64,000 bases of DNA from Candidatus Doudnabacteria bacterium (GTDB taxonomy: Bacteria; Patescibacteriota; Doudnabacteria; UBA920), in contig JAHFJJ010000003.1 in assembly GCA_023245895.1 (NCBI GenBank), forward strand, positions 11,343 to 75,342, given 5' to 3'. The position numbers and the translations under genes were made by a program. A model generated the notes under the pieces. The model did no database searches. It was not told where the DNA came from and was given only the letters and a program-made list of their open reading frames with translations. The first letter of the stretch is position 1, and each line of letters starts with the position of its first letter. Below, piece by piece: positions 57,616 to 64,000 of the stretch.

Positions 57616-57651
57616 TACTAGTATAACACGCGGCCGCGTATAATACTAGTA
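57616..57651. repeat. Imperfect palindrome upstream of the PaaX/Cas2-like gene
   Basis: TACTAGTATAACACGCGGCCGCGTATAATACTAGTA. Confidence 0.88.
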
Positions 57652-57797
57652 AGGTGGAGACTTTGTAAAAGGTTGTTTAACCGATATTTTATATTTTGGA
57701 TAACGGTGTTTGTTTTTATATATAAATTAAAGCACGCAAATTCCGGATGGAACTTGCGTGCTAGTATGTTCAGGCTGTTGCCTGAACGGGATTAAAA

Positions 57798-58355
57798 CTA
57801 CAAGCCAGGATCTTTTTCTTTGGGCGAGTCTGCCCCTCGGATTATAATTTTTATCCTGGGGAGGTCTGTCTGTTCAGTCTCCAGCGCTGACCCTGAGAGT
57901 AATACCATTAAGCCGGAGTCGATTCCGATTAGGCCCGTGGAGTTTTTTGGGACCACCAGAGCCCCGACAGGACAGGAGTTAGGAGCTGGGACGGACAGTA
58001 CGCTCACCAAAGATTTTGAGTTGTCGTAAGCCTGCCCTACCCACCTTACCTGAGTGCTTGCCCGAAGCGAACAGGTGTCCCGAGGACCCATGCCCGGCCC
58101 CAGCGGTTCAAGGTTTTGGATTTCGGCTTGCGCGGTGGTCAAAACTAAAAATTTTACTCCGCGGCCTACTACCCTTCCGCCCTCTCCTTTAACCCCGAAG
58201 TACGCGCTCCAGTCATCAGGGCCGACTGTCGAGCAGAAGATTTTTTCTCCCGGCAACTGAAACCAGAGGCATTTTCCGGGAAAATAAGGGCTTAGCGCCC
58301 ACATCCCGACTAAAAAGAACGACACACTTAGTACCAAAGTTTTTTTTCCTGACAT
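57798..58355 (-). CDS. Hypothetical exported protein
   Basis: N-terminal signal/TM, GGAGG SD. Confidence 0.55.
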   Translation of the reverse strand: MSGKKTLVLSVSFFLVGMWALSPYFPGKCLWFQLPGEKIFCSTVGPDDWSAYFGVKGEGGRVVGRGVKFLVLTTAQAEIQNLEPLGPGMGPRDTCSLRASTQVRWVGQAYDNSKSLVSVLSVPAPNSCPVGALVVPKNSTGLIGIDSGLMVLLSGSALETEQTDLPRIKIIIRGADSPKEKDPGL

Positions 58356-58571
58356 TGAGTTTTCCTCCACTATAAGTTTTTGGGCCGAGCAACCCACTAT
58401 CTCTGTCTAAACTCTCTCGATACTAAATACAAAAATATAAAATTATATTTAGGCATGAAGTGTTTAGCTAAATATTATGGCATTTTATTAATTAATTGTC
58501 AATAGTAGCTGTATAAAAAAGCGCGCGAGCCCCGGGTGGAACTCGCGCTTTGGTTTATTCAACCAATAATC

Positions 58572-59333
58572 CTATTGCGCGAACGAAAAGTTCACCGTGA
58601 TTGTGGTGATAACTTCAATTGGCTGGCCGTTCAGCATTTGGGGCTTGTAACGCCATTGTTTGACGGCTGAGATGGCCGCATCGTTCAGCAAGGGATGTCC
58701 GTGCAGAACTTTGAGGTTCTCAATCATCCCCTCTTTGTTGATTGTCGCTTGCAACATCACGTAATCCTGTACGCGTGCTGCTTTTGCCAAAGCCGGGTAG
58801 ACAGGTTTGACCTGGTCAATCAAGTTAGCCTGCGCGACATCTCCGCCAATTCTTTGGACTTGTGCCGGAGGGGGTGGAGGGGGTGGGGCAACCGGCGGAG
58901 GGGGCGGAGGCGGAGGTGCTGCTTGTTTGGTTGGTCCAAACAAGTCGCCTAAGAGTATTCCGGGGCCTCCCGGAGTTCCGTTCGGTACTCCCCCAACTAT
59001 ACCGGGTCCCGTAGGTGAGTCACCGATTGTGGGGAGGTCGTTTGCTACGATTATCTTTGGAATTTCTGTGGGCGTTGTGAGCCCGCCCGGATTGGTTGGT
59101 GTTGGTTTAGGTCTGGCGCTTCCGGGGACCGGTACGGTTTTAATTACCGCCGGGCCCGGAGGAGGAAGGGGCAGTTTCAGTTCGCTCGCCTGGAGAACTT
59201 GAGTTGTCATGTCGTCGTAAAATACGAGCGGCAGAACAATCAGCCCCAGGGCAAGGGCGAGATGGACCAATGCCGACAGGCCTGTTGATTTCCAGTCCCG
59301 CGGTTTATTGCCTAACAAACTATCTTCGAACAT
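58572..59333 (-). CDS. Energy transducer TonB-like protein
   Basis: TM with SxxxH, Pro-rich linker, C-terminal PVYP...AVKQWRYKP domain. Confidence 0.88.
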   Translation of the reverse strand: MFEDSLLGNKPRDWKSTGLSALVHLALALGLIVLPLVFYDDMTTQVLQASELKLPLPPPGPAVIKTVPVPGSARPKPTPTNPGGLTTPTEIPKIIVANDLPTIGDSPTGPGIVGGVPNGTPGGPGILLGDLFGPTKQAAPPPPPPPPVAPPPPPPPAQVQRIGGDVAQANLIDQVKPVYPALAKAARVQDYVMLQATINKEGMIENLKVLHGHPLLNDAAISAVKQWRYKPQMLNGQPIEVITTITVNFSFAQ

Positions 59334-59529
59334 ACATGTAGCCTCCTATTGACTAGATGCAGGTTAGATTTGCATGGTACTTTGCCCTAAGTAGTAGGGT
59401 GACCATTGCTCTACTCCCACGACCTACCTTGTTAAGGGGCTACTTTAATTGTATACCCGGCCTATAATCAGTCAAACAAGTTATACACCATTACTGGACG
59501 GCAAGACCTATAAAGTTTATGATAATTTT

Positions 59530-60000
59530 ATGTTTAAGATTCGTATTATCGCTTTAGGAAAGTTTAAGGAGAAAGCGTATTTGGAATTGGAGCAGGAATA
59601 TTTAAAAAGGATGAAGCCCTATGCCAAAATTAAGATAGTAGAACTGTTGGAAGTCCCCTATTTTAAAGGCACTGATGTAGATAAAACTAAAGAAAAAGAA
59701 GCGGAAAAAATAATTAAACAATTGCCGGAAGACGGAATTGTAATTTTATTGGAAGAAAAAGGCACAGTAAGAAGTTCTCATCAGTTTGCGGAATTTTTGC
59801 AAAGGACAGGCGGCTTAGGCAAGGAATTAGTTTTTGTAATTGGCAGCGGCATTGGCCTGCATGCTTCTTTAAAAAGATATTCCAACTATTCTATTTCCCT
59901 CTCCCCTCTTACATTTCCGCACAACATGGCGCGCGTCATTCTTGAGGAGCAGTTGTATCGTGCGTGTACGATTTTAGCAGCTAAGGAGTATCACAAGTAA
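59530..60000 (+). CDS. rlmH: 23S rRNA m3Psi1915 methyltransferase
   Basis: FVIGSGIG, SLSPLTFPH, EQLYRA, YHK. Confidence 0.95.
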   Translation: MFKIRIIALGKFKEKAYLELEQEYLKRMKPYAKIKIVELLEVPYFKGTDVDKTKEKEAEKIIKQLPEDGIVILLEEKGTVRSSHQFAEFLQRTGGLGKELVFVIGSGIGLHASLKRYSNYSISLSPLTFPHNMARVILEEQLYRACTILAAKEYHK

Positions 60001-60117
60001 AAAATATGTCATTGCGAGGAGTCCCGCCCTTTTTGCATCAAAAGGACGGGACGACGAAGCAATCTCAAATTTATAGATTGCTTCGCTCGGATGCACTCGC
60101 TCGGAATGACACAAATA

Positions 60118-61476
60118 CTAATCCCCGCCTTGGGGATTTTTTGTTTCAGCGGCGATGATTCCTAAAATAACCCAAAGCAGCATTTGGGTTTGTTGGAGGG
60201 TGTAGAAGTAGTGGTCAAATTGCATTAGCACGAGGAAGGCGCAGAGGATGGTAGTAAATAGTAGGTAGTAGGTAGTAAGCTCAAAGCTAATCGGGGACTT
60301 TAATTTTTTTACCAGACCCCAAAGGTGAGAAAGGAAAATGGAGATTAAGATTAACGCGCCGGGGATGCCTAGTTCGGCGGCGGCAAGCAGGAAATAGTTG
60401 TGAATAGGCTGGATTTGCCATGGCCAAAGCCTTAAATAGCTAAATTGTTGCATGTGAAGCACGCTCTCCCCTATCCCAATGCCAAAGACTGGGTTTTCTT
60501 TTATCATTTGTAGCCCTAATTTCGCGTAAAAGATTCTTTCTAGAGAGGCACTATCACTTATTGTCGCGCGCGTTGAAAGGTAGGGGTGGAAAAGGATGAA
60601 TGAAGCCAAGATGGCCATCGCTGTCATTGCGAGTGCAACCGAAGCAATCTTTTTTTGGTGTGAGATTGCTTCGTCGGATGCACTCCTCGCAATGACAAGG
60701 GTATAGTAGAAAAACATGACTAGTCCTATCGCTAATGCTAAATAAGCCGCCCTTGAAAAGGTAACAGTTAGGCCAAGGGTGTTAATTAATATAGCCAGGT
60801 TGTATAAAAGTTTATTTTTAGAGTTTATTAAAAGGTAAATTGAAAAGAATACGCCAACTACCAAAAATGCAGATAGCAAGTTAGGGTGAGGAAAAGTTCC
60901 GTACCCTCTAATGTAAGCTGTTCCATCCGAAACAATCTTTGCTATACCCTGTAGATGTGGGGAAAGCACTTGCTCCCCTATCTTGCCCAAACCTAAGGAT
61001 TTTTGATTAAAAAACTGCCAAAGTGCCAAAATTGACTCAAAAGTCGCAAAAAAGACAAAACTCTTCAAAAATAAGCCTTTTATAGTTGTTTTACTAAATA
61101 AGTAATAAGCTGTTCCATATGAAACAGCTAGTTCTAGGTATTTTAAGAGGAACCAGTAGTTAAGTGAGCTGTTTGTTCTTAGTTTAAAAATTATCCCTAA
61201 AATAAGCCAAATTAAAAATATCGGTAATCCGAGATTTGCTATTTTTAGGTCTTCTTGGCTCAGTTTACTACTTTTTAGAGGTAAAATGAATAAAGTAGTC
61301 AAAATTAAGAAAATATCGCTTAAATATAAGGAAATAGAGGTAAAATCCGAATAAGCCCCAGTTTGGAAGGCTTCCTTGGTAGGGAAGACATAGCGGATAG
61401 GGAAAAAAAGGCTTGCCAAAAAGAGCAGGAAGAAGATTTGGGCAATGTTCAGCTTGTTTATCTTTTTTTCAAACAT
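60118..61476 (-). CDS. O-antigen ligase family membrane protein (with in-frame repeat insertion)
   Basis: RGYGTFPHPN, TFSRAA, GIGIG, HNYFL..AAELG. Confidence 0.88.
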   Translation of the reverse strand: MFEKKINKLNIAQIFFLLFLASLFFPIRYVFPTKEAFQTGAYSDFTSISLYLSDIFLILTTLFILPLKSSKLSQEDLKIANLGLPIFLIWLILGIIFKLRTNSSLNYWFLLKYLELAVSYGTAYYLFSKTTIKGLFLKSFVFFATFESILALWQFFNQKSLGLGKIGEQVLSPHLQGIAKIVSDGTAYIRGYGTFPHPNLLSAFLVVGVFFSIYLLINSKNKLLYNLAILINTLGLTVTFSRAAYLALAIGLVMFFYYTLVIARSASDEAISHQKKIASVALAMTAMAILASFILFHPYLSTRATISDSASLERIFYAKLGLQMIKENPVFGIGIGESVLHMQQFSYLRLWPWQIQPIHNYFLLAAAELGIPGALILISIFLSHLWGLVKKLKSPISFELTTYYLLFTTILCAFLVLMQFDHYFYTLQQTQMLLWVILGIIAAETKNPQGGD

Positions 61477-61757
61477 CGAGGTGCTTATTTGACAAAATGA
61501 TTAAATTATCATTTAAATAATGAAAAACTACTTAACAGCGTCTTTATTTAGACGCAAGTTCAAAAACCCTTAGTGTGTCATCCCGGCCGAGTGCATCCGA
61601 GAGTCGGGATCCAGTATATAAGCCAAGTTCTGGATCCCGGATATTTTTACAGCCCTAAAAATTCCGGGATGGCATAGGTTTTTGGACTCACGTTATTAAG
61701 TCTAACATAAGCTTGGCTTTTGTGTTATAATTTTCAGAGTTTCTTAAGCAAATTTTT

Positions 61758-61832
61758 GCCTTCGTAGCTCAATGGATAGAGCAAATCCGTCCTAAGGATG
61801 AGATGGGGGTTCGATTCCCTCCGAGGGCACCA
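61758..61832 (+). tRNA. tRNA-Arg (CCU)
   Basis: Cloverleaf, CCA. Confidence 0.9.
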
Positions 61833-61887
61833 GAGAATTTAAAGATTTTGCTATAATTAAATCAAACCAAGCTCTTAAGTTATATCT

Positions 61888-62376
61888 ATGAAAATAAAAA
61901 TCTTTGTTACCGGTGGTACTTTTGACAAGGAATACAATGAAATTTCGGCTGAATTAGTCTTTAAAGAAACTCACGTGCCGGAAATTTTGAATTTAGGCAG
62001 ATGTAAACTTTCGGTTGATATTAGGACGCTAATGATGATAGACAGTTTGAATATGACAGATGCTGACAGGGGAATTATTTTGGATAATTGCAAAAAAGTT
62101 GTTGAAGACAGAATTTTAATTACACACGGGACAGACACTATGGTGGATACGGCTAAGGTTCTCGGGGGGGGCGTTAAGGGTAAAACCATAGTTTTGACAA
62201 GAGCTATGGTTCCTTATAAATTTGGAAGCTCTGACGGTTTGTTTAATATGGGCGCGGCTTTGGCCTTTGTCCAAACTTTGCCTACCGGCGTTTACATAGC
62301 AATGAACGGCAAATTTTTTACGGCAGATAATGTAAAGAAAAATAAAAAAATAGGGGAGTTTGAAGCCTTAAAATAA
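61888..62376 (+). CDS. Short asparaginase-domain protein
   Basis: TGGTFDK, DSL, THGTDTM. Confidence 0.9.
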   Translation: MKIKIFVTGGTFDKEYNEISAELVFKETHVPEILNLGRCKLSVDIRTLMMIDSLNMTDADRGIILDNCKKVVEDRILITHGTDTMVDTAKVLGGGVKGKTIVLTRAMVPYKFGSSDGLFNMGAALAFVQTLPTGVYIAMNGKFFTADNVKKNKKIGEFEALK

Positions 62377-62380
62377 AAAT

Positions 62381-62728
62381 ATGATAGAACCTGAATTACA
62401 ACATTACCTTTCCGGCATAAACCAAAGCCTAACGGAAATAAAAAATAAAAAACAGCCGGGGATATGGCGGTCGTTTTTTAACGGCATGTTTGGGGCGTTT
62501 GGTTATTTGGTTGGCATAGCGCTGGTTATTATTATAGCCGGTTGGATTTTAAACAAAACCGGTTTGTTGCCGCAGTTCCAGCAGCAGGTCAAAGACTTCC
62601 AAAGCATTATCCAGGGAGCCAAACAGCTTATGGCTCCGCCGCAGAACAAGTCCCAGCAGGGGAGTGGGGTTAAGGGAAGTTATCAGGTGACTTTGCCGGA
62701 TGGGCAAGTAGTTAATATAAACCAGTAA
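62381..62728 (+). CDS. Small membrane protein
   Basis: FFNGMFGAFGYLVG TM segment. Confidence 0.7.
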   Translation: MIEPELQHYLSGINQSLTEIKNKKQPGIWRSFFNGMFGAFGYLVGIALVIIIAGWILNKTGLLPQFQQQVKDFQSIIQGAKQLMAPPQNKSQQGSGVKGSYQVTLPDGQVVNINQ

Positions 62729-62779
62729 GCCCTTGATAACTTAGGTAAAAAAGAGTAAAATATCTAAGCAATTCAACAA

Positions 62780-62855
62780 GGGCCCTTAGCTCATTTGGTA
62801 GAGCGCTTCCATGGCATGGAAGAGGCGACCGGTTCAAATCCGGTAGGGTCCACCA
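62780..62855 (+). tRNA. tRNA-Ala (GGC)
   Basis: Cloverleaf, G3:U70, CCA. Confidence 0.92.
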
Positions 62856-62940
62856 TTCGACTTCGCTCGTGGCCTTCGGCCAATAATAGAATGTCGGGTG
62901 CCTTGAGAGAACGGAGTGAGTCGAAAGGCAAAAGAATAAT

Positions 62941-63333
62941 ATGGAAACCAACCCACCACCTTTACCGCCTAAAAAACATAATCTGTTTGCCCTGGTTGGT
63001 TTTATTGTGTGTCTTCCGCCCGTTATTGGGGTTTGCCTTATTCTGCTAATCCAAAATAAGGCAGAGCCTATGGCTCATGAGGTTTTTTTGGAAAGCTTTG
63101 TTTTTCGCCCGGCTGTTGTGTACGCGATAGTTGGTACAACTTTGTCGTCAATTGCCCTTTTCCAAATTCGTAAAACAAAGTCTAAAGGAAAAGCGTTTGC
63201 TATAGCGGCGATTGTAATAGGAATCATAACTAGTTTATTCTACTATGCCTTTACCAAATTTCAGCAAGACCGAATGAACGCATATGAACTGCGAGTACAG
63301 CAAGAAATTCAGATGAAAAAACCCAGTAATTAA
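62941..63333 (+). CDS. DUF4190-like membrane protein
   Basis: IALFQIRK...GKAFAIAAIVIG. Confidence 0.65.
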   Translation: METNPPPLPPKKHNLFALVGFIVCLPPVIGVCLILLIQNKAEPMAHEVFLESFVFRPAVVYAIVGTTLSSIALFQIRKTKSKGKAFAIAAIVIGIITSLFYYAFTKFQQDRMNAYELRVQQEIQMKKPSN

Positions 63334-63395
63334 TAAATATTACAGAAAAAGCCTTCCTATCTTAGGAAGGCTTTTTCTGTGGTAAAATAGATTAT

Positions 63396-63926
63396 ATGAA
63401 ATGGCGAAATTTATTTAGCAACAGGGAAGTTGGCTTTCCGCAAGCAGAGGGGCCTACTTTAATATCCCGGGAGGAGCAGGAATCTTTTGGGAAGTTTGAG
63501 ACACAACGTTTAATGCTTTTAAAGGGTATAAATACCTTGGAAGCTTTAATCAAAAGCCAAAGCGGCAACGGCTCTGTGCCGGAGCAGGCTATAGATGAGC
63601 TTAGGGATTTTCGTGGGGCATTAGGAGATTTGTGGCATGAGTTTGATTCCAGCCCTTCGGTTAATGCCAAAAAAGCAGAAGAGTTTTTGACAGAATTAAT
63701 ATTAAGACGGGAAAAACCAACTTTTAATAATGACACTGAGCGAGGGTTAATAATCCTTGGCGTCACCTCGGATTTGGAAAAAATAGTGTCTAAATTGTTA
63801 TATGAGAAAACAGTTGACAGTCGTTTTGCTGAAGCGGAAGCAAGGGGGTTGGACTATTATAAATTATTTTTACGTGCTGACAAATCTAATGGAGCCGATA
63901 AGAAGAATAAGGCTAAGACAGCCTAA
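63396..63926 (+). CDS. Hypothetical protein
   Basis: ORF track, followed by a terminator hairpin. Confidence 0.6.
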   Translation: MKWRNLFSNREVGFPQAEGPTLISREEQESFGKFETQRLMLLKGINTLEALIKSQSGNGSVPEQAIDELRDFRGALGDLWHEFDSSPSVNAKKAEEFLTELILRREKPTFNNDTERGLIILGVTSDLEKIVSKLLYEKTVDSRFAEAEARGLDYYKLFLRADKSNGADKKNKAKTA

Positions 63927-64000
63927 TTTTATTACAAAAAAGACCGTGCGTATGGCACGGTCTTTTTTGGTTGGAAGCTTTGGCCCTGTACCAGTCGTCT

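Noticed and set aside
57046..57651. CRISPR-Cas locus suggested by the Cas2-like domain and ~34-bp palindromes
   Set aside because: Only two non-identical palindromes separated by the gene itself; no repeat-spacer array and no cas1 or effector genes.
58860..58920. G-rich tract as a DNA repeat or G-quadruplex element
   Set aside because: Explained by the poly-proline linker of TonB.
59334..59450. c-di-GMP-I riboswitch before tonB (GGTCAC...GGGCAAA)
   Set aside because: The GNRA tetraloop/receptor stems of the GEMM motif are missing; kept only as a generic structured leader.

Overview
Chromosomal segment of a Patescibacteria (CPR)-like bacterium. This is inferred from the gene content (HTH-MurA fusion, TrmB regulators, pilin-like fusion, solo PaaX/Cas2-like gene) and the SD-less core genes. 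Core genes include pbp1A (partial), tyrS, ruvC, yebC, rsmI, gyrA, rpsA, prs-pyrE-pyrF-pyrD, nrnA, rbfA, infB, murA and rlmH. The window also has 10 tRNAs (one is tRNA-Ile with a UAU anticodon), a homospermidine/ornithine decarboxylase operon, two toxin-antitoxin-like pairs, an ECF sigma/anti-sigma pair and a free-standing LAGLIDADG gene. An orphan 5-gene block separates infB from rbfA. The strongest unannotated signals are four. (1) Two tandem Tyr-codon (YYY) leader-peptide attenuators sit in front of a racemase + TyrA pair, next to tyrS. (2) A solo PaaX/Cas2-like gene is bracketed by 34-bp CGGCCG-centred palindromes, with a related solo copy elsewhere. (3) Many REP-like palindrome families nest inside each other, sit on tRNA CCA ends and have inserted in frame into gyrA, pyrF, rbfA and an O-antigen ligase. 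(4) An unexplained promoter-to-terminator structured RNA and a 33-nt element shared upstream of two unrelated genes are present. All calls are by eye from the sequence and the ORF track; no searches were run.
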